IMG/VR virus record: IMGVR_UViG_3300020456_000005
DNA: 64,000 nucleotides
Strand: one strand, 5' to 3'
Source: a virus
Shown here: positions 30,350-40,621 of the stretch, one piece after another
Position numbering within the stretch: position 1 is the stretch's first letter
Layout of the letters: each line of letters opens with the position of its first letter
Notes under the pieces: model-generated
Seen by the model: only the letters and a program-made list of their open reading frames with translations
The model's database searches: none
Told to the model about the DNA's origin: nothing
Translations under genes and position numbers: made by a program

Positions 30350-31386
30350 AGATAGCACTAATAACTGATCAACATTTAGATGGAAGAAAAGGCAACATCA
30401 ATTTCTGGAACTATTTTCAAAAGTTTTATGACAACATCTTTTTTCCTACACTTGAGAAAGAAGGTATCAGCACCATCATTGATTTGGGTGACACTTTTGA
30501 TAACAGAAAGTCTATGGACTTTAATACTTTTAATCGTATTACTGAAAATTATTTCAAGAGATTAGAAGACTATAAGGTTCATATGATTCTGGGTAATCAT
30601 TGTACGTATTATAAAAATACTAACAAGATCAACTCTCCAGAACTACTACTAGAGCAGTACAAGAACATCAATATCTATGCTTCACCTGAAGAGATTACTC
30701 TTGGTAGCAAAAAGTTTTTGTTGATGCCATGGATTAATAAAGAGAATAAAGAAGAGTGTTTGGAATTGATTGCTAACAGTCAAGCAGACATTATGTGTGG
30801 TCACCTTGAGTGTGATGGTTTTGAAGTTACGCCAGGCATGAAGTTTGAAGGGGGATTCAAAGTCTCTGACTTTAAGAACTTTAAACGTGTGTGGTCTGGA
30901 CACTTCCATCACAAATCAAAACATGGTAATGTTCAATACCTAGGCAACCCTTATCAGATGTTCTGGAATGATTATAAGGACACTCGCGGATTCCATATCT
31001 ACGATACTGAAAGTGACAAGCTTAAGTATATCAAGAACCCGTATGAAATCTTTGAGAAAATCTTCTATGACGACGCCAGTGTGGACTACAACAAACAAGA
31101 TGTGTCTAATTATAAAGACAAGTTCATCAAACTTATCGTTGAAGAAAAACGAGACTACCAAATGTTTGAAACATTGGTTGATCGTCTTTACAACGTAGGT
31201 GTTCATGATGTTAAAATTGTAGAAACATTAGTTGACACAGAGGATCTAGATGATGTAGAATTAAACATAAAGGATACTCTAACTTTGTTGAGTGAATATA
31301 TTGATGAGATTGATCTTGCGGTAGATAAAACCGATCTCAAGAAACTAATGCAATCTCTCTACATAGAGTCATGCGAAGCAGTTTAA
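30346..31386 (+). CDS. g47: Recombination nuclease gp47 (Mre11/SbcD-like)
   Basis: TDQH, LGDTFD, GNH, SGHFH. Confidence 0.95.
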   Translation: MKIALITDQHLDGRKGNINFWNYFQKFYDNIFFPTLEKEGISTIIDLGDTFDNRKSMDFNTFNRITENYFKRLEDYKVHMILGNHCTYYKNTNKINSPELLLEQYKNINIYASPEEITLGSKKFLLMPWINKENKEECLELIANSQADIMCGHLECDGFEVTPGMKFEGGFKVSDFKNFKRVWSGHFHHKSKHGNVQYLGNPYQMFWNDYKDTRGFHIYDTESDKLKYIKNPYEIFEKIFYDDASVDYNKQDVSNYKDKFIKLIVEEKRDYQMFETLVDRLYNVGVHDVKIVETLVDTEDLDDVELNIKDTLTLLSEYIDEIDLAVDKTDLKKLMQSLYIESCEAV

Positions 31387-31389
31387 TGA

Positions 31390-31653
31390 ATGTTGTACAT
31401 CATCACTTTACAAGATCAACCGTCTGGTATATACTCTGTTTTTACCGATGATGGCAGTCGTATCATACCTTTGTTTGAGCAGCAAGACGATGCTATGAGG
31501 TATCTTCTTCAGTTAGAGGAGGTTGATGATACTCCAGATCTTGAAGTTGTGGAAGCTGAGAATGATCTCATTATTGCTGCATGTAGAACTCAAGGACAAA
31601 GATTTTCTATCATTACATCTGACGATTTTATAGTACCACCATCTGACCGATAA
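31390..31653 (+). CDS. Hypothetical protein (DUF3110-like)
   Basis: LFEQQDDAMRY; between g47 and g46. Confidence 0.6.
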   Translation: MLYIITLQDQPSGIYSVFTDDGSRIIPLFEQQDDAMRYLLQLEEVDDTPDLEVVEAENDLIIAACRTQGQRFSIITSDDFIVPPSDR

Positions 31654-33398
31654 TGATTATTTTTGAAAAAATTCGTTGGAAAAATTTCCTCTCTACTGGA
31701 AATGTTTTTAACGAAATTGATATTGAAGCGGGTAGAACAAATTTAATTGTAGGATCAAATGGATCTGGTAAGAGCACCATTCTAGATGCTCTTACTTTTT
31801 CTTTGTTTGGAAAACCTTTCCGTAAAATTAATAAAAGTATGTTGGTCAATAGTATCAATGAGAAAGATACTATTGTTGAAATTGAGTTTCGTATCGGTAA
31901 GCAACAGTATAAAGTTGTTCGTGGTATTAAACCAAATAAACTTGAGATCTATGCTAATGGTAAACTTTGGAATCAGGAAAGTAGTTTAGCAGAACAACAA
32001 AAGAATTTTGAGGCGAGTGTTCTAAAGATGAACTACAAGTCATTCACACAAATTGTGGTACTTGGTTCTTCTACATTCGTTCCATTTATGCGTCTTCCGA
32101 CTACACAACGTCGCGATATTATTGAAGACATTTTAGACATTCAAGTATTCTCTACAATGAATGTTCTTCTAAAAGATAAGAACAGAGAAAACTTAGATGA
32201 GATACGTGATATTGAATATCAACTTGATCTTATCAGAGATAAAATTGAGATTCAAAAGCAACACATGTTGACTTTAGAGAAACGTACTCAAGAAGAAATT
32301 GACAGGAAAGAAGAAAAGATTTTTGCATATAAGAAAACTGAACTTCAGGGTGCAGAAGATGTGGCACTCCTGACAGAGCAAATCGGAAATCTTAATAAAG
32401 AAATGCAGGACTATCAAAGTTCTAATGAAAAACTCAAGAAGTTGAACACGTTCTTGATCAAGGTGACACATAAACTAAACACATGCAAGAAAGAGCATGA
32501 GTTTTTTGAAAATAATCATGTGTGTCCAACATGCACACAAGAACTATCAGAAGAGTTTCGTAGTGAAAAACTAGAAGCGGGTCAGTCAAAGGTTGACGAG
32601 ATGACCATGGGTTATGAAGATTTAAATAATGCGATTCTAGAAGAAGAGAATAGATTTTCTAAGTTTACTGAGTTATCTACTGAAGTCAACAATATCAATA
32701 CTACTATCTCTCAAACTAATTTTCAGTTGATGACAATTCGTAAGCAAGTAGAGACACTTCAGGATGAAATCAAAGAACTGCAAGGTGATAATGTTGACAA
32801 GAAAGCGGAGTTTGATAAACTACAAACACTTGTAAACGAAAAGAAAGATCTTGGTAAGCAGCATGCTATTCTCAAAAAAGATCGTGACGTTTTAACAACA
32901 GCAAGTCAACTCCTTAAAGATAATGGTATTAAGTCTAGAATTATCAAGACTTATCTTCCTACCATGAATAAGTTAATTAACGATTTCTTGCAAAGGATGG
33001 AGTTCTATGTCAATTTCACCCTAGATGAGAACTTTGAGGAGATAATTAAATCTAGATACCGTGATGTATTTTCCTATGAGTCTTTTAGTGAAGGAGAGAA
33101 AGCTCGTATTGATATATCTCTTTTGCTTACTTGGCGTTCTATCGCTAAGCTTAAGAATTCTGTGGATACTAACTTACTCATCTTAGATGAAATATTTGAT
33201 GGATCGCTTGACCAATCGGGCACATCTGATCTAGGATGGATCCTTCGCAACTTTGATGATAGTACCAAAGTGTTTGTAATCAGTCACAAGCAGGGATTAG
33301 ACGATAAGTTTGACAGAACAATTACGGTTGACAAAACAAAAAATTTCTCGGTGCTAACTGAGACAGTTAACGAAGTGACACATGGACTGGTCGGTTGA
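31653..33398 (+). CDS. g46: Recombination ATPase gp46 (Rad50/SbcC-like)
   Basis: GSNGSGKS, CPTC hook, FSEGE, LDEIFD. Confidence 0.96.
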   Translation: MIIFEKIRWKNFLSTGNVFNEIDIEAGRTNLIVGSNGSGKSTILDALTFSLFGKPFRKINKSMLVNSINEKDTIVEIEFRIGKQQYKVVRGIKPNKLEIYANGKLWNQESSLAEQQKNFEASVLKMNYKSFTQIVVLGSSTFVPFMRLPTTQRRDIIEDILDIQVFSTMNVLLKDKNRENLDEIRDIEYQLDLIRDKIEIQKQHMLTLEKRTQEEIDRKEEKIFAYKKTELQGAEDVALLTEQIGNLNKEMQDYQSSNEKLKKLNTFLIKVTHKLNTCKKEHEFFENNHVCPTCTQELSEEFRSEKLEAGQSKVDEMTMGYEDLNNAILEEENRFSKFTELSTEVNNINTTISQTNFQLMTIRKQVETLQDEIKELQGDNVDKKAEFDKLQTLVNEKKDLGKQHAILKKDRDVLTTASQLLKDNGIKSRIIKTYLPTMNKLINDFLQRMEFYVNFTLDENFEEIIKSRYRDVFSYESFSEGEKARIDISLLLTWRSIAKLKNSVDTNLLILDEIFDGSLDQSGTSDLGWILRNFDDSTKVFVISHKQGLDDKFDRTITVDKTKNFSVLTETVNEVTHGLVG

Positions 33399-33440
33399 CC
33401 AGTTTCTTTGTTATGCTGTATACATCAGCAACAGAGACAC

Positions 33441-35561
33441 ATGCAAACCCAACAAATCAAAGGAAACCTCGCAAGACTTCTTGCTACTGAGAACCTAGTT
33501 GTAGAACATCGCAAGGTTCCTACTGCTTCCTTTGATGTGGACCGTCGTGTCTTGACCCTGCCAATGTGGGACAAAGCATCTGGTATTGTATACGACATGC
33601 TTGTGGGTCATGAAGTTGGTCATGCTTTGTTTACTCCTAATGAAGACTGGAGAGATACTGTAGATTGTCCTAAAGATTTTATCAACGTTATTGAAGATGC
33701 TCGTATTGAGAAACTTATGAAGCGTAAGTTTCCTGGTCTTCGTAAATCTTTTGCTGGTGGATATAAAGAATTGAATGATAAAGATTTCTTCAGTATTATT
33801 GGAGAAGATCTTAATAACTTTAGTTTGATTGATCGCATCAACCTTCACTTCAAAATTGGTGCTAGTGCAATGATTCCTTTTGGAGCATCTGAACTAGTAT
33901 TTGTTGAGCGTACTGAGAATGCAGAAACCTTTGAAGAGGTATTGCAGATTGCTGCTGATGTTTTTGAGTTTAGTCAAACTGAAAAAGTAGCAGAAGTTTC
34001 TGCAGCACCAAATGCTGAGCAAGGAGATACTGAAAGTGAAGAGACCACTGAGTCTACTCAAGAATCTGATGAAGATCAACCTCAGGTAGTACCTCAGTCT
34101 GGATCAAACATTCCTTCTGGTATGGATGAAGAAGAGGAAGATGATTGGGATGATGAAGAAGAGGAAGAAGATGCTGGTGATAATGGAGGAACAACTTCTC
34201 AAACTCAACGTGCATTTGATGATTCTGCAGAGAATCTTTCTTCTCGTCAAACTGGTAAAAATCCTATCTATGTTGAGATTCCAGAGTCTGTTGATCTTGA
34301 AAAGCATGTTGTAGATTGGACTGAAGTTCATGACTGGATTGATAGTCAAGCATCATCTAATCCAGAAGTTTATGAGTATGTTGATGCAAGGTATTATGAG
34401 TTCCGTAAAAGTTCTCAAAAAGAAGTTAACTACCTTGTAAAAGAGTTTGAGTGTAAGAAATCTGCTGATGCTTATGCTCGTGCAGGTCAATCAAAAACTG
34501 GTGTTCTTGACACTGCTAAATTGCATACCTATAAGTACAACGAAGATCTATTTAAAAAAGTAACTGTAGTTCCTGATGGTAAAAATCATGGTTTGATTTT
34601 TCTTCTGGATTGGTCTGGTTCTATGGCAAATGAATTGCTTGCCACAGTAAAACAACTTTTGAATCTTACTGCTTTCTGTAAGAAAGTTCAGATTCCTTTT
34701 GAAGTATATGCTTTTACTAATGATTGGTTCGTTGTTAATCGCATTAAAGAAGGTAATAATGATACATATCATGACCATGACTATTCTGATGTTAAAAAGA
34801 ACATGGTTTATATCAATGGCGAATGGTTCCATTTGATGAATATGGTTTCATCTCGTTCTAATTCTCGTAATTATGAGCGTATGTCTAAGAACTTGTTCCG
34901 TGAAGCATCTGCATACAGAGGTGGTGGATACCATCCTACCCATGGTCTTAGTTTGTCTGGGACACCTTTGAATGAAGCAGTTATTATGTTGAACTATATT
35001 ATTCCCCAGTTCAAACAAGAGAATGATCTTCAGAAAGTTAATGTTTGCATTCTTTCTGATGGTGAAGGTAGTTGCGCTGCTTATGGTCATGAAATTTATC
35101 TTGATCATAAGGATGAGTATTCAGTTCGTCCACGTCGTCTTGATTATTATCAAATCCTTCGTGACCGTAAAACTGGTCGTACCTACGAACAGTTTGAATA
35201 TGATAATGTAACTAACATTTTCATTAAGCAAGTTCGTGATAGAAATCCTGATGTAAATGTTCTTGGGTTCCGTGTTCTTCCAGGTTCTGCACTTCAAAAT
35301 TTTGTTGGACGTTATGCAACTTATGAAGGATATAGTGAGATTCAAAAACAGTGGAAAAAAGAGAAGTCTGCTGTAATTAAAAACCCTAAAGCATTCACTG
35401 CTTTATATGCTATCTCTAACAATGCATTGAATGAAACTGCTGAGTTCAATGTTGAGTCTGGTGCTAAGAAGGGAGATATCTCCCGCGCATTCAAGAAAAT
35501 GTTGGGCAATAAGTCCACCAACAAAAAACTCCTTAGTTCTTTTGTTGAGTATGTCAGTTGA
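33441..35561 (+). CDS. CobT-like protein: HEXXH peptidase-like N-domain, acidic linker, VWA domain
   Basis: HEVGH, EDARIE, MIDAS DWSGS, GTPL, LSDGE. Confidence 0.8.
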   Translation: MQTQQIKGNLARLLATENLVVEHRKVPTASFDVDRRVLTLPMWDKASGIVYDMLVGHEVGHALFTPNEDWRDTVDCPKDFINVIEDARIEKLMKRKFPGLRKSFAGGYKELNDKDFFSIIGEDLNNFSLIDRINLHFKIGASAMIPFGASELVFVERTENAETFEEVLQIAADVFEFSQTEKVAEVSAAPNAEQGDTESEETTESTQESDEDQPQVVPQSGSNIPSGMDEEEEDDWDDEEEEEDAGDNGGTTSQTQRAFDDSAENLSSRQTGKNPIYVEIPESVDLEKHVVDWTEVHDWIDSQASSNPEVYEYVDARYYEFRKSSQKEVNYLVKEFECKKSADAYARAGQSKTGVLDTAKLHTYKYNEDLFKKVTVVPDGKNHGLIFLLDWSGSMANELLATVKQLLNLTAFCKKVQIPFEVYAFTNDWFVVNRIKEGNNDTYHDHDYSDVKKNMVYINGEWFHLMNMVSSRSNSRNYERMSKNLFREASAYRGGGYHPTHGLSLSGTPLNEAVIMLNYIIPQFKQENDLQKVNVCILSDGEGSCAAYGHEIYLDHKDEYSVRPRRLDYYQILRDRKTGRTYEQFEYDNVTNIFIKQVRDRNPDVNVLGFRVLPGSALQNFVGRYATYEGYSEIQKQWKKEKSAVIKNPKAFTALYAISNNALNETAEFNVESGAKKGDISRAFKKMLGNKSTNKKLLSSFVEYVS

Positions 35562-35572
35562 CAAACTGGTCC

Positions 35573-35608
35573 AAGGTGGTCCCAAACGACCACCTTTCAC
35601 CTTATACT
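35573..35608 (+). promoter_or_regulatory. Hairpin and -10 box upstream of cobS-like gene
   Basis: AAGGTGGTC-CCAAAC-GACCACCTT; TATACT at 35603-35608. Confidence 0.5.
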
Positions 35609-35632
35609 ATATTCATACAACACACACATCAC

Positions 35633-36727
35633 ATGCCTTTCGCTCCCGTTCCTGTTTCAACTGAAGATCTTGTTTCTTATCTTACCGACAAATGCGGTAC
35701 AGAAGTTAATACGAAGCAATTGTTTGAAGCATCTGAGCACTACAACTGCTCTCTCGCTACTGTTAAAAAGCGTCTTAAATCTTATAAGCAAGGAATTGGT
35801 AAGTGGAATCTGACTGTTCAAGAAAAACTTGAGCAAACCTACCAAGCACCTTCTGCTGCTCCTGCTGTTGAGCAAAATTTGATTCCTTCTAAGGATGATA
35901 ACTATGTTCCTTTCGGCAACTTTGCTGATGTCAAGAAAATTATCCAGTCTGGTGTTTTCTATCCTACTTTCATTACTGGATTGTCAGGAAATGGTAAGAC
36001 CTTCTCTGTTGAGCAAGCATGCGCGACTCTAAATAGGGAATTGATTCGTGTAAACATTACCATTGAAACCGACGAGGATGATCTTATTGGTGGGTTTCGT
36101 CTTGTTGATGGCAACACTGTTTGGCATAACGGACCCGTCGTGGAAGCTCTTGAGAGGGGAGCTGTGCTGCTTCTAGATGAAGTGGATCTCGCCTCTAACA
36201 AAATCTTGTGTCTTCAATCTATTCTTGAAGGCAAAGGTATCTTCTTGAAGAAGACTGGTCGTTATGTTCACCCTGCTAAAGGATTCAATGTTATTGCAAC
36301 TGCAAATACTAAAGGTAAGGGGTCTGATGATGGAAGGTTTATTGGTACAAATGTTCTTAATGAAGCTTTCCTTGAGCGTTTCGCATTGACATTTGAGCAA
36401 GAGTATCCTACTCCTGCTACTGAAACTAAAATTCTTCTTCGTGTTGCTGCAGCACTTGGTAAGCATGATGAAGAGTTCTGCACTAACCTTGCTAACTGGG
36501 CAGACATCATCCGCAAAACTTTCAAAGATGGTGGTATTGATGAAGTGATTTCCACTCGTCGTCTTGTTCATATCATGAGAGCATATGCTATCTGGAACAA
36601 CCGTATGAAAGCAATTAAAGTTTGTGTAAATCGTTTTGATGAAGAGACCAAGCAATCTTTCATTGAATTGTATGATAAGATTGATGCAGGAGTTCAAGTT
36701 AACGAGGAGGAAACTGAAGATGCCTAA
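35633..36727 (+). CDS. cobS: CobS/MoxR-like AAA+ ATPase
   Basis: GLSGNGKT, LLLDE, ATAN, LNEAFLERF, STRRL. Confidence 0.88.
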   Translation: MPFAPVPVSTEDLVSYLTDKCGTEVNTKQLFEASEHYNCSLATVKKRLKSYKQGIGKWNLTVQEKLEQTYQAPSAAPAVEQNLIPSKDDNYVPFGNFADVKKIIQSGVFYPTFITGLSGNGKTFSVEQACATLNRELIRVNITIETDEDDLIGGFRLVDGNTVWHNGPVVEALERGAVLLLDEVDLASNKILCLQSILEGKGIFLKKTGRYVHPAKGFNVIATANTKGKGSDDGRFIGTNVLNEAFLERFALTFEQEYPTPATETKILLRVAAALGKHDEEFCTNLANWADIIRKTFKDGGIDEVISTRRLVHIMRAYAIWNNRMKAIKVCVNRFDEETKQSFIELYDKIDAGVQVNEEETEDA

Positions 36728-36887
36728 AGTAGGAGATTGCACCTTTATCGGTAGTATCATCCACATTAGTGGAATGGGATCTGCAAGAGTTACAAAGGTA
36801 GTTGATGACATTATTACAGTCATCAACCTTGACGGCGAAAGTCAAGAGTGCTATTATGAAGATATTGAATACGTATGCATGCCGTGA
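36720..36887 (+). CDS. Small hypothetical protein
   Basis: GGAGG upstream; overlaps cobS stop. Confidence 0.55.
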   Translation: MPKVGDCTFIGSIIHISGMGSARVTKVVDDIITVINLDGESQECYYEDIEYVCMP

Positions 36888-37171
36888 CTTACAAATATAA
36901 TGAAGAAGAGCTCCTCACGGAGCTCCGTGATTACATCACTGGAACTTACAAACAACACTACTCTGCTGGAAATGATCAAATTCAAACGTTAGATTTGATT
37001 GAAGCATGTGGTGATGCTGAGGCATTTTGCCGAAGTAACATCCTAAAGTATGCTTCCCGATACGATAAAAAGGGAACTGCCCGACGTGATATCATTAAGA
37101 TTCTACACTACGGCATTCTTCTTCTCCACTTCTCTGATAAAACTAACGTTACTGAAACCTACAATCAATGA
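36875..37171 (+). CDS. Conserved T4-like phage hypothetical protein
   Basis: YKYNE, TYKQHY, NILKYASRYDKKG, DIIKILHY. Confidence 0.75.
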   Translation: MHAVTYKYNEEELLTELRDYITGTYKQHYSAGNDQIQTLDLIEACGDAEAFCRSNILKYASRYDKKGTARRDIIKILHYGILLLHFSDKTNVTETYNQ

Positions 37172-37839
37172 GCAAAGTTACACTTTCAAAAAACACGCTA
37201 GATGTCCTCAAAAATTTCTCAACGATTAACTCATCAATCGTATTCCGCAAAGGATCTACAGTTAGGACTATCTCCAATGCAGAAAACATTCTGGCAAAAT
37301 TCACTGGCGAAGAAGTATTTCCTGTGGACTTCGCGATTTATGATCTCAGTCAGTTTCTTTCTGGGATCTCTCTGTTTAACGATCCTCAGTTGGAATTCAC
37401 ATCTGGCGATTTTGTCAGCATCCGTGGCGGTCGTCAGTCTGCTAAGTATTATTTTTCTGATCCAGAAATTACACTCAAGAGTGCTCCAGAAAAAAATGTA
37501 AAATTTCCTGGTGCAGACATTCAATTCAATCTAACTGAATCTGATTTGATTGCATTGCAAAAAGCGTCTGCTGTGTATAGTCTTCCTGACTTGACCTTCC
37601 AATCTGAGGAAGAATCTGATACCATTAAAATTATCCTTAGGGACAAAGAAAATGATACCAGTAATACTTACGATATCACCGTGGCGGGTTGTTCTACTGG
37701 CACCTATTCTCTTGATCTTAAGATTGAAAACATTCGTGTCCTACCTGGTGACTATACTGTTAAAGTATCTCAGCATCTAATTTCTGAGTGGACCAATACT
37801 AACACTGACCTTACTTATTACATTGCCCTTGAACCTTGA
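37168..37839 (+). CDS. g45: Sliding clamp gp45
   Basis: LKNFSTINSSI, FAIYDLSQFL, YYIALE. Confidence 0.95.
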   Translation: MSKVTLSKNTLDVLKNFSTINSSIVFRKGSTVRTISNAENILAKFTGEEVFPVDFAIYDLSQFLSGISLFNDPQLEFTSGDFVSIRGGRQSAKYYFSDPEITLKSAPEKNVKFPGADIQFNLTESDLIALQKASAVYSLPDLTFQSEEESDTIKIILRDKENDTSNTYDITVAGCSTGTYSLDLKIENIRVLPGDYTVKVSQHLISEWTNTNTDLTYYIALEP

Positions 37840-38351
37840 ATATATTCGTTACCGACCTCAGTCCAATAAAGTCTGCTCAGGTATTACCTGACAAACATAT
37901 TGTCAAGATGCCTTTAGAAACATGTCAAATGTTATCTATTGTGGCATCTGAAAAATGGGGTCGTGGTTTTGGCGAATTACCTAAACTTGATGGTACACCA
38001 TACAAAACAGATAAGGGTGCTTTTCGTAATCACCCATGTACTATCTGGGCACAACATCGTTGGTCATGGTTGATACGTCATGGTCTAGCATTATGTGAAG
38101 AGTACACATACAGGTATGGTAAAATACACAGTTGTGAGAAAACTATTCTCCATGCTGAGAAGATTTTTCCATTTCAATATCTCGGATCTGTGGCAGACGA
38201 GACTTGGGAATTTGCTAGAGCAATGCCTGATCAATGGAAGTATGATAAAACCATTGATGATATTACAGCATACAAAAGATACATTGCGTCTAAACCTTGG
38301 GTGAAAGATAATTACCTTCGCAAACCAGAACGCAAACCTGATTGGATTTAA
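37836..38351 (+). CDS. Pyrimidine-dimer DNA glycosylase / DenV-family-like protein
   Basis: MNIF, DKHIVKMPLE..QML, HPCTIW, EYTYRYGK.H. Confidence 0.7.
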   Translation: MNIFVTDLSPIKSAQVLPDKHIVKMPLETCQMLSIVASEKWGRGFGELPKLDGTPYKTDKGAFRNHPCTIWAQHRWSWLIRHGLALCEEYTYRYGKIHSCEKTILHAEKIFPFQYLGSVADETWEFARAMPDQWKYDKTIDDITAYKRYIASKPWVKDNYLRKPERKPDWI

Positions 38352-38353
38352 TT

Positions 38354-39298
38354 ATGAGTAAAGAGTTTTTGTGGGTGGAGAAATACCGCCCCAATAAAGT
38401 TGATGATTGTATTCTTCCTGACACTATTAAAGAAGTGTTTAAGGGATTTGTTAATCAGGGAGAATTGCCTAACCTTTTGTTGAGTGGTACTGCAGGTGTT
38501 GGTAAGACCACCATCGCTAAGGCACTGTGTGAGGAGATTGGTGCCTCTTACATCGTGATCAACGGATCGGATGAAGGACGCTTCCTAGACACCGTGAGGA
38601 ACCGTGTGAGGCAATTTGCCACTACGGTATCCCTGACTTCTGGAGCGTCCCACAAGGTCGTTATCATTGATGAGGCAGACAACACCACTAATGACGTGCA
38701 ACTGTCCTTGAGGACTGCTGTGGAGGAGTTTCATGGTAACTGTAGATTTATTTTTACCTGCAACTTCATTAACAAGATCATTGAACCATTGCACTCACGT
38801 TGCACAGTTGTTGATTTTAGGATTAAAAATGATCAAGCAGTAAAACTTCAAGGTGAGTTTTTTACACGTCTTAAAACTATTCTAACAAATGAGAATGTAG
38901 AGTATGAAGACAAAGTTCTCGCTAAACTTACGAAACGGTACTATCCTGACTGGCGTCGTCTTATTAATGAGTGTCAGCGTTATGCTGCCACTGGAAGTAT
39001 TAATTCTGCTATTCTTGTTGACGTTGCCGATGTTAACTTGGATAGTCTCCTTAGTGCTTTAAAGAAGAAGGAGTTTACTACAGTTAAGAATTGGGTTGTC
39101 CAACATATGGACAATGATCCTACTATGGTAATGCGTAAGATTTATGATAGTCTGTACAACGTATTGAAACCTGCTTCTATTCCTGAGGCAGTTCTTATCA
39201 TTGCCAAATATATGAACAGCATTCCTATTGTTCCTGATCAAGAAATTAATTTACTAGCATGTTTAACAGAAGTTATGATGAGTTGCGAATTCCGTTGA
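38354..39298 (+). CDS. g44: Clamp loader large subunit gp44
   Basis: LWVEKYRP, GVGKTT, IIDEAD, SRC. Confidence 0.96.
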   Translation: MSKEFLWVEKYRPNKVDDCILPDTIKEVFKGFVNQGELPNLLLSGTAGVGKTTIAKALCEEIGASYIVINGSDEGRFLDTVRNRVRQFATTVSLTSGASHKVVIIDEADNTTNDVQLSLRTAVEEFHGNCRFIFTCNFINKIIEPLHSRCTVVDFRIKNDQAVKLQGEFFTRLKTILTNENVEYEDKVLAKLTKRYYPDWRRLINECQRYAATGSINSAILVDVADVNLDSLLSALKKKEFTTVKNWVVQHMDNDPTMVMRKIYDSLYNVLKPASIPEAVLIIAKYMNSIPIVPDQEINLLACLTEVMMSCEFR

Positions 39299-39558
39299 AT
39301 AAAAAGACAACTCCTGAAAATGTAAAAGAAGCTCATGAAGGACTTTTTTATGCTACAATGAATCTACCTACCGCAGCAAAACATTGCGGTATGACCCAGA
39401 AGGAGTTGAAAATGACATTCTTTGAATACCTTAAGTACAATGCCCCAAACTTTGAAATCACTGAAGACACCCCTGAGGTACCCAGGCGGCAAGAGCAGGG
39501 CTCTGGCAAACCTGTTCCGATTCCTCCCAGACCTTTCCCAGGTAACAGAGTATCGTGA
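39295..39558 (+). CDS. Hypothetical protein overlapping the dam 5' end
   Basis: TTGA coupling to g44; HTH-like NLPTAAKHCGMT. Confidence 0.55.
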   Translation: MNKKTTPENVKEAHEGLFYATMNLPTAAKHCGMTQKELKMTFFEYLKYNAPNFEITEDTPEVPRRQEQGSGKPVPIPPRPFPGNRVS

Positions 39559-40279
39559 ACCTTTCTTGGGCGGCGGTAGTGTCGCCCTTGAGGTTACTAA
39601 AAGATATCCTAGACTGAATATTTGGGTCAACGATTTGTATGAACCGTTGACTAATTTTTGGAAGACTTTGCAGGACGATGGGTACAACATGTACAAACGT
39701 CTTCAAGAACTAAAGTCTAGGTATCCAGATCAAGAATCTGCACGTGGATTGTTTGAAGAAGCAAAAGATCTTGTAAATGATTCTGACACTTCTCATCTAT
39801 ATCGTGCTTGTGCTTTCTATGTTATTAACAAGTGTAGTTTCTCTGGTTTAACTGAGTCTTCATCATTCTCTAAGCAAGCATCTGAATCTAATTTTTCAAT
39901 GCGTGGAATTGAAAGATTGCCAGCATATACAGAACTAATTGAAAATTGGAAGATTACTAATGGTCGCTACCAAGAACTCCTTACTGATGACAAAAACATA
40001 TTCACCTACCTTGATCCACCCTATGAAATCGGATCCAATTTATATGGTAAGCGTGGAAGTATGCACAAAGGATTTGACCATGATGGGTTTGCTACTATTT
40101 GTGACCGTTTTGTCGGTCCTCAACTTATATCTTACAATTCGTCTCAGATGATTCGTGACCGTTTTAAGGAGTGGACAGTTGCGGAATTTGCACACACTTA
40201 CACCATGCGCTCTGTGGGGAGTTATAATATAGATCAAGCGTCTCGTAAGGAACTAGTCCTTTTTAATTATGAAATGTGA
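39440..40279 (+). CDS. dam: Dam-like DNA adenine methyltransferase
   Basis: RYPGGKS, EPFLGGGS, YLDPPY. Confidence 0.92.
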   Translation: MPQTLKSLKTPLRYPGGKSRALANLFRFLPDLSQVTEYREPFLGGGSVALEVTKRYPRLNIWVNDLYEPLTNFWKTLQDDGYNMYKRLQELKSRYPDQESARGLFEEAKDLVNDSDTSHLYRACAFYVINKCSFSGLTESSSFSKQASESNFSMRGIERLPAYTELIENWKITNGRYQELLTDDKNIFTYLDPPYEIGSNLYGKRGSMHKGFDHDGFATICDRFVGPQLISYNSSQMIRDRFKEWTVAEFAHTYTMRSVGSYNIDQASRKELVLFNYEM

Positions 40280-40409
40280 AGTCACCCTCTACGTAGCAGG
40301 AACCGTTTTTAAGGAGCAGGTTCATGCTCGTGATTATCAAGAAGCACGTCAAGTTGCTCTTGCTCGCAACCCCAATGCGAAAATTGTTGGAGTCACTGCT
40401 AAATTCTAA
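40269..40409 (+). CDS. Small hypothetical protein (46 aa)
   Basis: Manual translation MKCEVTLYVAGTVFKEQVHARDYQEARQVALARNPNAK...; TAATG coupling. Confidence 0.6.
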   Translation: MKCEVTLYVAGTVFKEQVHARDYQEARQVALARNPNAKIVGVTAKF

Positions 40410-40621
40410 TGTGGCAAATTTGGAAATACGCATTAGGTAGTTTCAGTGACGACAAGACAGCTCCTTTTGATAATTACGTTGCTATCATACGCACCGTTAT
40501 TTTTGTTAGTTACATGGTCACTAACGCTTTTATTATATTTGGAGTAATTAGACACTGGAATGACGTACCAACTGAAAGACTATCTCTACAGTATCAATCA
40601 ATCAAAAAAGAGTATTCTTGA
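40409..40621 (+). CDS. Small membrane protein
   Basis: WKYALGSFSD..TM..IRHW. Confidence 0.6.
   Translation: MWQIWKYALGSFSDDKTAPFDNYVAIIRTVIFVSYMVTNAFIIFGVIRHWNDVPTERLSLQYQSIKKEYS

Noticed and set aside
35633-36727. Cobalamin biosynthesis pathway
   Set aside because: Only a CobS-like AAA and VWA partner; no cobN or other cob genes seen
36173-36826. Long minus-strand ORFs (also 44414..44932, 53786..54325, 19336..19836)
   Set aside because: Antisense shadows of well-supported + strand genes with no recognisable motifs
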